Positions 36,481-45,625 of a stretch of 64,000 bases of DNA are shown piece by piece; position 1 is the stretch's first letter, and the number at the start of each line of letters is the position of its first letter. The DNA comes from Rhodanobacteraceae bacterium. Lineage in GTDB: Bacteria; Acidobacteriota; Terriglobia; Terriglobales; Acidobacteriaceae. The notes beneath the pieces were generated by a model. The model was not told where the DNA came from and searched no databases. It saw nothing but the letters and a program-made list of their open reading frames with translations. A program made the position numbers and the translations under genes. Where the stretch lies: NCBI GenBank assembly GCA_043783275.1, contig JAYVZP010000072.1, forward strand, positions 1,394 through 65,393, given 5' to 3'.

Positions 36481-37946
36481 TTAATCTCTGCCATGTGCCA
36501 GGCGCGGTCGGCTCCGAGCTGTTGTGCCGCACGCTCCAGCTCAGGATCAAGCGCTGACGGGGCTGGCCCACCGCGGACTGAGCGGATGGCGATGAAGTTT
36601 TCCGGATCCAGTGCCCTCTGAATCTCTTTGATCGAGATGCAAACTCCAGCAGCCTCTGAGCGTGCGTGCAGGTCCCGCGCAAGCGCAACCGTGTCGTCGC
36701 TGCTGGCAGCCTTCACGGCCGCGGCAACGATCGTGTGTGCGTGGTGAAAGGAGATACCGCAGGTGCGTACGAGTGTATCGGCCACTTCCGTCACCGTCAG
36801 GAAACTGGCGTTGGCGCGCGTCTTCATGTGATCCGTATTGAAGCTGGCTTCTGACAACGCACCCGCCAGTAGCGCAAGCGCGCGATGTCCATCGGTGAAT
36901 GCAAGCGCGACAAGCGGCTGCAGGGAGTCCTCGCCATCATTCATGTCTGCGAACGGTGTATTGTGCAGCGAGCCAAGTATGGACTGCGCCTCCGTCAGCG
37001 CCCGGGAAGCGAGGATTCGCGAGTGCTCCAGCGGCACGGGGTTGCGCTTCTGCGGCATGATGCTGCTGGTCTGCACGTAGCCATCGGAGAGGCGCAGGAA
37101 ATTAAACTCTGCCGTGGACCATAGCAGCATGTCCTGCGTAAAACGTCCGAGGCTTAGCATGGCTGTCGCGAGCACGCTGCATGCCTCCGCCACGTAATCG
37201 ACGGCGGCAATGGCGCCGTAAGAATTGGTAACGAGGCCGCGAAAGCCGAGCAGCTTTTCCGTCTGGCTGCGGTCGATGGGGAAGCCTGTGGTGGTAATGG
37301 CGCAGGCACCCAACGGACTTCGATTGACGCGTGCATAGCAGCCGATCACGCGCTCCGCATCGCGCTCCAGCACTTCGATCATCGCCATCATGTAATGGCC
37401 CAGCGTCGTCGGCTGCGCAGGCTGATTGTGTGTATACGCGGGCATGATGGCAGCGCGGTACGTCTTCGCAATTTCTAATAGTGTGTTGCGCAACGCGAGC
37501 GAGGCCGCTAAAGTTTCGAGCAGGCGTTGCCGCAGCACCATCCGGTACATAGTCAGGTCAATGTCATTGCGCGAGCGTGCGGTGTGCAGGCGGCCCGCGT
37601 GTTCGTCGCCGGCGATCTCGGCAAGCTGCCGCTCCACCAGGAAGAAGAGATCTTCGACGGTGCCGTCATAAGCCACCGTGCTCAGTGCTTTCAGGTCGAG
37701 TGCATTTAACGCATGCAGGCAAGCTGCAGCGGTCTCGTGCGAGACGATACCCTGGGTGCGCAGCATAACCAGGTGCGCGTAGTCGATCTGGAGCAGAGCA
37801 GGCAAAAAAAGCCGTTGTGCATCCGCGAAGATGTGCGCGAGCACATGCTCCCGGTAAATGGGCGCGGGAAACTTCGATGCGGTAATGTTTGCTTCCATAG
37901 CTTGCGTTTTCTCGTATAACGACAGAAAAAAAGACGGTAAGCCCAA
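36405..37946 (-). CDS. Argininosuccinate-lyase-family (fumarate-lyase superfamily) protein, atypical paralogue
   Basis: TSSIMPQKRNPVPLEHSR (the GSSxMPxKxN signature region), HTARSRNDIDLT, AYTHNQPAQPTT. Lacks the canonical ArgH N-terminus. The start may be 37898 (MEAN..). Confidence 0.8.
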   Translation of the reverse strand: MGLPSFFLSLYEKTQAMEANITASKFPAPIYREHVLAHIFADAQRLFLPALLQIDYAHLVMLRTQGIVSHETAAACLHALNALDLKALSTVAYDGTVEDLFFLVERQLAEIAGDEHAGRLHTARSRNDIDLTMYRMVLRQRLLETLAASLALRNTLLEIAKTYRAAIMPAYTHNQPAQPTTLGHYMMAMIEVLERDAERVIGCYARVNRSPLGACAITTTGFPIDRSQTEKLLGFRGLVTNSYGAIAAVDYVAEACSVLATAMLSLGRFTQDMLLWSTAEFNFLRLSDGYVQTSSIMPQKRNPVPLEHSRILASRALTEAQSILGSLHNTPFADMNDGEDSLQPLVALAFTDGHRALALLAGALSEASFNTDHMKTRANASFLTVTEVADTLVRTCGISFHHAHTIVAAAVKAASSDDTVALARDLHARSEAAGVCISIKEIQRALDPENFIAIRSVRGGPAPSALDPELERAAQQLGADRAWHMAEINYLASAHSELQKASSKLSVQSNGDR

Positions 37947-37973
37947 GCCGCACCGTCTCTTTTGTGGACGGAT

Positions 37974-40889
37974 TTAGAACTCGATGCGCGCGCCAAACTG
38001 CAGAATGCGCGCTTCGAGTACGGAGCTGGTAGGCACCAGGGAGGGCTGCGTCGTGATACTGCCGGCAGCGTTGGTGGTGGCAGTGGTGTTGATGGAGGTG
38101 AAGTTGGAACGGTTGACGAAGTTGTTGGCTTCGACGAAGATTTGCGACTTCACACGTTCGAACAGGGTGGCGAAGGTACGGGTGTAGCGTGCATCCGCCT
38201 GGAAGATATTCGGGGTGCGAAGGGTGTTGCGGCCGACGAACAGGGGGCGCTGCTGGCCGACGGCCAGAGTGTCTCCATTCAGATTCCTGCCGGTCACAAG
38301 ATTTTGCTGATCGCCGCTGCTGGCGTTGACCAGCACGGCCAGGTTGTTGTTCGCCACAAGCCCATTGAGATAGCGATTGGCGAAGTGTGTCTTCGGCTGA
38401 TACACCGTGCGCAGGGTGAAAGAATTTGGACGGTTGATATAGCTATTGCTGCGGTCGCGCTTACGGTTGGTGGCATCGGAGATGAAGTTTGAGTTCTCGA
38501 AGCTTGTGGCCTCCGGCGCGTCAGAGATGGCGTGGGACCAGGTGTAGGACGCATTGAATTCCAAGCCACCCGTCATGCGGTGCGTGTAGTTTGTCACCAG
38601 CGCGTTGTAGCTGCTGTTGGCCCCGATATCGACAAAGCGGATGTTGTTGAAGGAAGGGTTATAGCGGGTCAAGCTGTTTACGGTGGAAGAGAACGCAGAA
38701 CGACCATCGGCCAGCGGCGCCAGCGCGACGCCTGTTGCTGATACGCCGGGGATAACGTTGCTATTGCGCAGGAACTGGAGGTTGCGGCCGCTCGTCATGA
38801 TGTACCCGATGGTCAATGCGTCGCTCTTGCTAAAAGCCTGTTCCACCTGAGCGTTGACATTCCACGTGTACTCGTTTTTAAAGCGCGAGGTGAGGGCATA
38901 GGGTGTCGGTGTGGGCAGGGAGGCGACCGGCACGTTGTTGAAGGTGTTTGGGAAGGATGGTGCTCCGACGGCGGTCGGACCGAGGGTCGCTATCAGGTTG
39001 CCCGTGTTGGTAAGGCCATTGCTGTACAGGGGGTTGTAGAAGCTGTTTGTCGGCGTAGCTTCATAGAAAATGCCACCGCTGAGGCGGACGACAGTGGAAG
39101 AGTTTGGCGTAAAGGCGAGGCCCAAGCGGGGTGAGAAATTTCCCATCGGCGTGCGGAACTTCTGCGTCTCTGGGAGCGGTGCGTTGACGAGTCCGTCCGG
39201 GGAGCGGTACTGGTCGTAGCGGACACCGTAGTTTGCAACAAGGCGCTTGGTGATCTGCCACGTGTCCTGGGCGAAAAGATCGAAGAAGACGGTCTGGTAA
39301 CCGGCGCCGGGACGGCCGATAGATGCAGTCACATTGCTGTACGACTTGGTGTTCGTTCCATTGTTCGCAGCCGTGTAGTCCGCCAGGGTAGCAAACGTGA
39401 ACTGGGTGTAGATATCGGCGAGTTGAGTGTCGTTATTTTTCTGGAAGCCGACGCCGACCTTGAAGGTGTGCCCTCCCCTGACGAGCGTTACGTTGTCAGA
39501 GAAGGAAGGGATCTTTTCCTGAAACTTGTCCCCTGAGCCGTTCGTTCCGCCGAAGTTTGCTACGCCGGAGATGGTTACCATGGGGCCGGCGCCCGTTGCG
39601 ACGCCTGCAAAGTGCTGCTGGTTACGGTATGGCCAGGAGCCGCGGAATTCATTCAGCAATGTCGGCTTGAAGGTAGTAATCAACTGCGCGCCGATGATGT
39701 GGGCGCGGTCGCGGAAGTCAGCCTCTGCCGACTGCAGGAAGAGACCGCCGGCATTGGTGTTGAACGGGTAATCGTTGCGGAAGTAGTTGTAGCGCACAAA
39801 GAACGTGTTCTTTGAATTGATGTTGACGTCCAGGCGGGCATCGGCCCATTGGGCACGCTGCACCTGGGGAGCGGTGTTGAAGTCAGCCACCGGCACGCCA
39901 AGGGCGACCAGCGCCGCCTGGTTAGCCGCGGTGACCGTGACGGCTTGCGGGTTGCCGCGCTTCAGATGCTCATAAGCCCCGAAGAAAAACACACGATCCT
40001 TCACAATAGGCCCTCCAATACGGCCGGTCAGGTCGTCGACGTGAAGGTCTGGCTTGGGCTTGTAACCTGTGACGCCCGGGGTGCAATTCTGCAAAATAGG
40101 GCAGGAGCTGGCTGCCTTGGGTCTCCAGATATATTGCACTGCGCCATGCAGACTGTTGGTGCCGGCCGGGGTGATTACGTTGTAGATGATGCCAGCGGTA
40201 TTGCCGAACTCGGCGCTGAAGGCATTGGAGATGGTCTGGACCGTATCGGTGTAGCTGTCGGAGATGGCGAACAGGCGCAGGCCGTAGCGATCGCTCTCCG
40301 TATCGACCATGCCATCAAGCTGATAGTTCACACGATCCACCAGGCCGTTGGTGTTGACTGTCCGAGGGATGCCGTTTTCCGCATTCGGATGGCCTGAGAC
40401 GCCTGGTTGAAACAACATAAAATTATATGGATTGCGCGAGGTGAGAGGCAGATTCTGTGTTTCCGCAGAGGTGATGGTGCTGCTCAGGTCGGCGCGCGCG
40501 CTCTCGATGATTGGAGCCTGGCTATTGACCGTGATCTCGGTTGCAACCGAGCCGGCCTTCAGGACCTCATCGATCGTGCTGTCGGTTCCCGCTCCAATGC
40601 GGATGCCGTTCTGCATCAGCGGGGCGAAGGATGAGGAAGTGGCCGTGACCGAGTAGGTGCCGATGGGCAGGTTTGGAGCGATGTAACGGCCGTCGTTATC
40701 GGTGGTTATTTGTCTGACATATCCGTTGTCCGTGTTCTTCACAAGAACTACCGTGTTCGGTACGGGTGCGCCGGTAACGTCCGTGACCTGTCCGCGGATG
40801 GTGCCGTTGATGGACTGAGACTGTCCAAGGGCGGAGACGGCGGACAACGCCAGCGCGGTAGTCGCGAGGGAGCGAGATAGCTTCAACAT
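37974..40889 (-). CDS. TonB-dependent-receptor-like outer-membrane protein with an N-terminal CarboxypepD_reg domain
   Basis: Signal MLKLSRSLATTALALSAVSALGQ. GTIRGQVTDVTGAPVPNTVVLVKNTDNGYVRQITTDNDGRYIAPNLPIGTYSV. Plug-like ..LPLTSRNPYNFMLFQPGVSG. Long beta-rich body ending ..QFGARIEF (terminal Phe). Confidence 0.85.
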   Translation of the reverse strand: MLKLSRSLATTALALSAVSALGQSQSINGTIRGQVTDVTGAPVPNTVVLVKNTDNGYVRQITTDNDGRYIAPNLPIGTYSVTATSSSFAPLMQNGIRIGAGTDSTIDEVLKAGSVATEITVNSQAPIIESARADLSSTITSAETQNLPLTSRNPYNFMLFQPGVSGHPNAENGIPRTVNTNGLVDRVNYQLDGMVDTESDRYGLRLFAISDSYTDTVQTISNAFSAEFGNTAGIIYNVITPAGTNSLHGAVQYIWRPKAASSCPILQNCTPGVTGYKPKPDLHVDDLTGRIGGPIVKDRVFFFGAYEHLKRGNPQAVTVTAANQAALVALGVPVADFNTAPQVQRAQWADARLDVNINSKNTFFVRYNYFRNDYPFNTNAGGLFLQSAEADFRDRAHIIGAQLITTFKPTLLNEFRGSWPYRNQQHFAGVATGAGPMVTISGVANFGGTNGSGDKFQEKIPSFSDNVTLVRGGHTFKVGVGFQKNNDTQLADIYTQFTFATLADYTAANNGTNTKSYSNVTASIGRPGAGYQTVFFDLFAQDTWQITKRLVANYGVRYDQYRSPDGLVNAPLPETQKFRTPMGNFSPRLGLAFTPNSSTVVRLSGGIFYEATPTNSFYNPLYSNGLTNTGNLIATLGPTAVGAPSFPNTFNNVPVASLPTPTPYALTSRFKNEYTWNVNAQVEQAFSKSDALTIGYIMTSGRNLQFLRNSNVIPGVSATGVALAPLADGRSAFSSTVNSLTRYNPSFNNIRFVDIGANSSYNALVTNYTHRMTGGLEFNASYTWSHAISDAPEATSFENSNFISDATNRKRDRSNSYINRPNSFTLRTVYQPKTHFANRYLNGLVANNNLAVLVNASSGDQQNLVTGRNLNGDTLAVGQQRPLFVGRNTLRTPNIFQADARYTRTFATLFERVKSQIFVEANNFVNRSNFTSINTTATTNAAGSITTQPSLVPTSSVLEARILQFGARIEF

Positions 40890-40949
40890 AAGACCTCCAG
40901 AAAGTCGTACAGAGTGACGAACCATGCAAGGTGCTGCGTACGTGAAGAT

Positions 40950-42218
40950 CTAACAGAGCAATTTCTGCTCTGCCGCCGCAAGAGATACGGACACGGCGCC
41001 GAAGAGTTGTGCACTGCTGCCAAGGGAAGAAGAGCGTAGCAACGGCAGGGCGAAATCGTTGTCCTGCAGATATAAGCTCGTAGCCGAGCAAAGCGCAGGA
41101 TGAGATCCGACCCCACCACCCAGAACGACAAGTTCCGGGTTGTACATCAGCGCGATCATGCTCAGTGCGTCAGCCAGGATGCGCGCTGTGCTCTGCAGAA
41201 TTTTGTCGGCACGCTTGTCGCCACGCTCGGCCAGATCGAAGATCTGTGGTGCACGAAGCTCGAGAAGATCGTCAGAGGCGGGGGCCCCATCCTGGCGCAG
41301 CAGCGTCTTCCAGCGAGTCTCAATACCCAGACCGCCTATGATGCGTTCCAACTGGCCGGTTTCCCGCATCAGGACGCGTTTCCGTGGCTCCCCGGTGACG
41401 GGCAGGTAGCCAACTTCTCCGGCAGACCAGGTTGCCCCGTGGTGAAGGGCTCCACGGAGAAAAATGCCCGCGCCCACGCCTGTTCCCATTGCCAGAAAAA
41501 CAAAGTTGTCGACGCCGCCAGCTACACCTTCCGCGTGTTCGCCGACCGCGGCCAGGTTGGTGTCATTCTCAACCTCCGCGGAGATGGAAAGTTCTCGCTC
41601 CAGCAGCATGCGCAGGGGAACGTCGTTCCAGCCGGCCAGGTTCGGGGCTGCCAGCACGACACCGCGCTTGACGTCCGTGATGCCCGGTGCGCCCGCGGTC
41701 AGGTGAAGCACGCGGCCAGGGAGACCAGACTGCGCGACCATGTGATCCAGTCCCAGGTGCACCAGGCCCACGACTCCGCGTGGAGTCTTCTGCTGCTCTT
41801 CCATGTGGGTGTTCCACTCGGCCACAGGCTTGCCGTTCAGGTCTGCCAGCATCATGCGTATGCGTGTGCCGCCAATATCGACGCCTGCCACATAGCCGTA
41901 CTGGGCATTAAAACGCAGCATCGACGGAGGACGTCCGCCGGAAGATGTTCCTTCTCCCAACTGTTCCACCAATCCATTCGCAATCAGGTTCGCCACTACC
42001 ATGGACACCGTGGGTGCCGTCAGACCCGACATCCGCACAAGGTCAGCCTTGGAGCAGGGGCTGTTCATGCGCAGTAGACGTAACAGCAGCCGGTTATTGG
42101 AGATCCGCAGTTGTGCAGGGCGCGCAGCCTGAGTCGGCACGACAACACTCGCCGTGCCGCGGGGAAGGACAGGACCCTTCGCAGTTCGACGGCGGGTTGG
42201 GGTCACGCATCTGGTCAT
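40950..42218 (-). CDS. ROK-family transcriptional regulator (wHTH + ROK sugar-kinase-like domain)
   Basis: HTH: NRLLLRLLRMNSPCSKADLVRMSGLTAPTVSMVVANLIANGLVEQ. ROK: GVDIGGTRIRMMLADLNGK..FLAMGTGVGAGIFL. I could not see the usual CxCGxxGC zinc motif. Confidence 0.85.
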   Translation of the reverse strand: MTRCVTPTRRRTAKGPVLPRGTASVVVPTQAARPAQLRISNNRLLLRLLRMNSPCSKADLVRMSGLTAPTVSMVVANLIANGLVEQLGEGTSSGGRPPSMLRFNAQYGYVAGVDIGGTRIRMMLADLNGKPVAEWNTHMEEQQKTPRGVVGLVHLGLDHMVAQSGLPGRVLHLTAGAPGITDVKRGVVLAAPNLAGWNDVPLRMLLERELSISAEVENDTNLAAVGEHAEGVAGGVDNFVFLAMGTGVGAGIFLRGALHHGATWSAGEVGYLPVTGEPRKRVLMRETGQLERIIGGLGIETRWKTLLRQDGAPASDDLLELRAPQIFDLAERGDKRADKILQSTARILADALSMIALMYNPELVVLGGGVGSHPALCSATSLYLQDNDFALPLLRSSSLGSSAQLFGAVSVSLAAAEQKLLC

Positions 42219-42261
42219 AGGCGATGAATGGTCATAACTGAAAGCTAGCAGGATTGTAAGG

Positions 42262-42307
42262 TTTACTTACAAAGTTCGTTTAAACTTAAAGAAAGTAATT
42301 TACAAAG
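42262..42307. promoter_or_regulatory. AT-rich promoter/operator-like region upstream of the ROK operon, with a direct repeat TTACAAAG x2
   Basis: TTACAAAG at 42267-42274 and 42300-42307, 33 nt apart, flanking GTTTAAAC. The segment is strikingly AT-rich in a GC-rich genome. Confidence 0.3.
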
Positions 42308-42709
42308 GGGGCAGTAAATTTCGCCAGCGTAAACCGGCGGCACCTCACCTGCGACGGTCACCACGGAGTGAATTTTGCAAGGACGACAAATCGCAGTACT
42401 TCTAAAGCGCCTTTACGGCGGAAGATCAGTCGTGATTCTGTATGCCGTATTTGCCGCAGAAGTAATTGTTTTGGCTGCGGTTGTCCACGGGCAGACACCG
42501 CTTCCGGAACCCATGAAGATTCGCGTGGACGCTTCCTATGCCGAGCGGCTGCCGTTTGAGCGAGGGGCCGCTCGATCGGGTGAGAGCGAAATTCGCACCG
42601 GCCTCGTAGCGCGACTGTAGGCTCCAAAGCCTGGGGTGTTGCGCAGCACTTACTGAGTCACGCCGAAACATATCCAGACCGAGCTTGAATTTCCTCTATC
42701 ATTCGCAAA

Positions 42710-43289
42710 ATGGAAGGCGAAAAAACGATATTTATCAGTTGGTCCGGAGAAAAAAGTCTTGCCTTTGCGAAAGCTTTGAAAGACTGAATTCCCGATTGTA
42801 TTCAAGCGGCGAAGCCATGGGTATCTTCGGACGGTATCCCAAAAGGTGCGCCATGGGGTAGGGGCCTCTCCCAGGCACTTCGAACGACATATTTCGGTAT
42901 CTTTAGTCTGACTCCTACCAATCTGACAAATCCCTGGCACCTGTTCGAGGCGGGAGCTATTTCAAAGAAGCTGGACAGCCGGACTTGCACTATCTCCTTA
43001 GGAGACCTTCGCGACTATCTTCGGTTGGGGTGTAGGACCGAGCCGACTACCTGCCCGTGCATCAATCGTGGAATGGTCTCCCTCAGACCTGCCTGTCGCG
43101 GCAGATGACAACATGTCAACGCTCTTGCCTCTGTTCACGTCCATCGCAGAAAGGCAGACGGCCCGCTCTCGAATCGCGATATCAGGCCAATACGCGTTTC
43201 GAGCCCTGACCCGCCTCGATTTGATGCCCGGCGATTTTGCACCAACCGAGAAGTGCTTTTGGCAACAAGTGCTATTTCGAGATAATTGA
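42710..43289 (+). pseudogene. TIR-like domain gene disrupted by an in-frame TGA (42785-42787), with probable 3' frame decay
   Basis: MEGEKTIFISWSGEKSLAFAKALKD*IPDCIQAAKPWVSSDGIPKGAPWGRGLSQALRTTYFGIFSLTPTNLTNPWHLFEAGAISKKLDSRTC.. This matches the bacterial TIR style FISWSGExS..A.AL..WLP..IQ...PW.S..DI.KG..W......L....FGI.CLTP.N...PW..FEAGALSK. The stop sits where the family has Trp. After ~43000 a second frame is open to 43289. Confidence 0.7.
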
Positions 43290-43311
43290 TGTTGAGTCGG
43301 GATTTCCGATA

Positions 43312-45312
43312 ATGGATCGCAAGGATCTAATGCCAATCAAGGCTTATTACAGTGAAGCGGTATCTAGCTTCCTCAAGGATGACGACGAACGTATCCTCGG
43401 TGTTCTGACGCGGGAGCATCATCATGCCCTGGAAGAGCCGCAGCGTTGGGCATGGCTCCAACAGGTATCTATTCTCAAGACGGCCTTGGCTGAGCGACCA
43501 AACGGAAGAATATTTTTAGAGTTCTACATTCCTCGGATGGGTAAGCGAGCGGACGCCGTCCTGTTATTGGAAGGTATCGTCTTCCTCCTTGAGTTCAAGA
43601 TTGGTGCTGCCGAACATTCAGCTAGTGCTTTTGACCAAGTTGAGGATTATGCCCTCGACCTGAAGAACTTCCATGAGGGCAGCCATTCCGTTGCGATTGT
43701 CCCGATATTGATCTCGACCCAGGCGAAGTCAAATCCGCTTTCTGAGCTGATTTTTGCGGATGATTTGGTTGCTAAGCCAATTGGGACAGACGCTGCGGGG
43801 CTCGCAAATCTGATCGACAGAATCCGCACCGAGCAGACCTTTCCAACTATCGACGTTGAAAGTTGGATAGCTAAGGGATATAAGCCGACCCCTACGATCA
43901 TCCAGGCGGCTGAGATTCTGTATCAGACACACAGCGTCGTGGACATCTCGCGATCAGACGCCGACGCCGTGAACCTTGAAGAAACGAGTGCCAGCGTCAG
44001 TAAGGCAATCGATCAAGCTCGCGCAAATCACAGTAAGGCAATCTGCTTCGTGACGGGAGTCCCTGGTTCAGGGAAGACGCTAGCTGGCTTAAATATTGCG
44101 ACGCGCCGCTCTGATGAACATACGGACGAACATGCTGTCTTCTTATCTGGTAACGGTCCGTTGGTTGATGTACTCCGTGAAGCACTCGCCCGCGATAAAG
44201 TTCGACGGGAGGGAGTCAAGAAGACGGTGGCTGAGCGTGAGGTGCGTAGCTTCATCCAAAATATCCATCACTTTCGAGATCAGTACGTCGGCAATAAGGA
44301 CGTCCCAATCGAGAAGGTTGTAGTTTTCGATGAAGCTCAAAGGGCATGGACCCGCGAGCAGGCTTCATCCTTCATGCGGCGGAAACGCGGGCATCTTGAC
44401 TTCGATATGTCAGAGCCGGAGTTTCTTATCGGTGTGATGGATCGCCATCCGGATTGGTGCACGATTGTCTGCTTGGTCGGTGGTGGCCAAGAGATTAACA
44501 CGGGGGAGGCTGGCATCTCCGAATGGATCAGCGCTCTCAAATCTAAGTTTCCCAGCTGGGAAGTCCATGTGTCGCCACGCATCGCACTTCCTGAATACAG
44601 TTCGCAAAGCAAAGTGGAGGGGTTCTTGGCATCGCCAAGAGTTCACTTAAATGAACACCTTCATCTTGCCGTTTCGATGCGCTCATTTAGGGCAGAAGCG
44701 CTCTCCAGCTTTGTCGGTCATATTATCGATAACGAGCCGAAGGCAGCGCAAATTGCTTACAAGGCTATACAAGTGAATTATCCGATCTATTTGACTCGCG
44801 ATCTTCATACTGCAAGAGGCTGGCTGCGTAATCGAGCTCGAGGAACTGAGCGATTCGGTTTGGTCGCATCTTCGGGAGCTCAGCGACTTCGCCCAGAAGG
44901 AATCTACATCAAGGCAGCCATTGAACCAGTGAACTGGTTTCTGAACGATAAAGCAGATGTCCGATCTTCTTATTACCTAGAGGATGTTGCCAGTGAGTTC
45001 GCGGTTCAAGGTCTAGAGCTGGACTGGTCCGGCGTATGTTGGGACGGAGATTTTCATCATTTTGGCGGGAATTGGATTTCTCAAGCCTTCAAGGGAACGA
45101 AGTGGCAGTCCGTGAAGGACGTGTCAAGGCGCCTTTATCTCAAGAATGCATATCGCGTAATTCTGACGCGAGCTCGGCAGGGGATGATCCTCTTCGTTCC
45201 AAGTGGAGACTCATCGGACCCCACACGTCCTCTGTCTTTTTACGATGGCACCTTCGAATATCTCCGCGCGTGCGGAATTCCAGTCCTGGGAGATATAACG
45301 AATCCTGATTAG
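43312..45312 (+). CDS. PD-(D/E)xK-like nuclease + DUF2075 P-loop NTPase (Schlafen-helicase-like / Nhi-like)
   Basis: N-terminal nuclease-like core GKRADAVLLLEGIVFLLEFKIG (D..ExK). Walker A FVTGVPGSGKTLAG, Walker B VVVFDEAQRAW, late motif VILTRARQGMILFVP. More AT-rich than its surroundings by eye. The ORF track starts at 43237. Confidence 0.8.
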   Translation: MDRKDLMPIKAYYSEAVSSFLKDDDERILGVLTREHHHALEEPQRWAWLQQVSILKTALAERPNGRIFLEFYIPRMGKRADAVLLLEGIVFLLEFKIGAAEHSASAFDQVEDYALDLKNFHEGSHSVAIVPILISTQAKSNPLSELIFADDLVAKPIGTDAAGLANLIDRIRTEQTFPTIDVESWIAKGYKPTPTIIQAAEILYQTHSVVDISRSDADAVNLEETSASVSKAIDQARANHSKAICFVTGVPGSGKTLAGLNIATRRSDEHTDEHAVFLSGNGPLVDVLREALARDKVRREGVKKTVAEREVRSFIQNIHHFRDQYVGNKDVPIEKVVVFDEAQRAWTREQASSFMRRKRGHLDFDMSEPEFLIGVMDRHPDWCTIVCLVGGGQEINTGEAGISEWISALKSKFPSWEVHVSPRIALPEYSSQSKVEGFLASPRVHLNEHLHLAVSMRSFRAEALSSFVGHIIDNEPKAAQIAYKAIQVNYPIYLTRDLHTARGWLRNRARGTERFGLVASSGAQRLRPEGIYIKAAIEPVNWFLNDKADVRSSYYLEDVASEFAVQGLELDWSGVCWDGDFHHFGGNWISQAFKGTKWQSVKDVSRRLYLKNAYRVILTRARQGMILFVPSGDSSDPTRPLSFYDGTFEYLRACGIPVLGDITNPD

Positions 45313-45625
45313 TCGCAATCGGAGAGCCATACATTACCAAGAGTGCAAATTTTGCTTCAGTTGTTGGGAACGGATCAACGCACTCGCTGAGCTTGGGCGA
45401 GAGGCCGGGATCATTTCCGAAAGACACGCGTCTCATTAGAAATCATCCGTCAGGCCCGACCTCAAGGGAATCCCAACTGGATCGGGTTATCACTATGCAA
45501 TTCGCAAGGTACCCGGTCCTGCTCATTTCAAGGCTTCGATAATGTGTGAAGCAACTGTGCGGTGCCGGTCATGCAAACCATAAATCCCAAAGAGCGCATG
45601 GTTTCCGACTACGTCGGGACAGGTG

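Noticed and set aside
42375-42620. 81-aa ORF with a signal-like N-terminus (..VILYAVFAAEVIVLAAVVHGQ..KIRVDASYAERLPF..), possibly a truncated outer-membrane protein fragment.
   Set aside because: Both strands give beta-strand-like translations, there is no SD, and there is no recognisable family. It may be a remnant at an insertion junction, but this cannot be supported.
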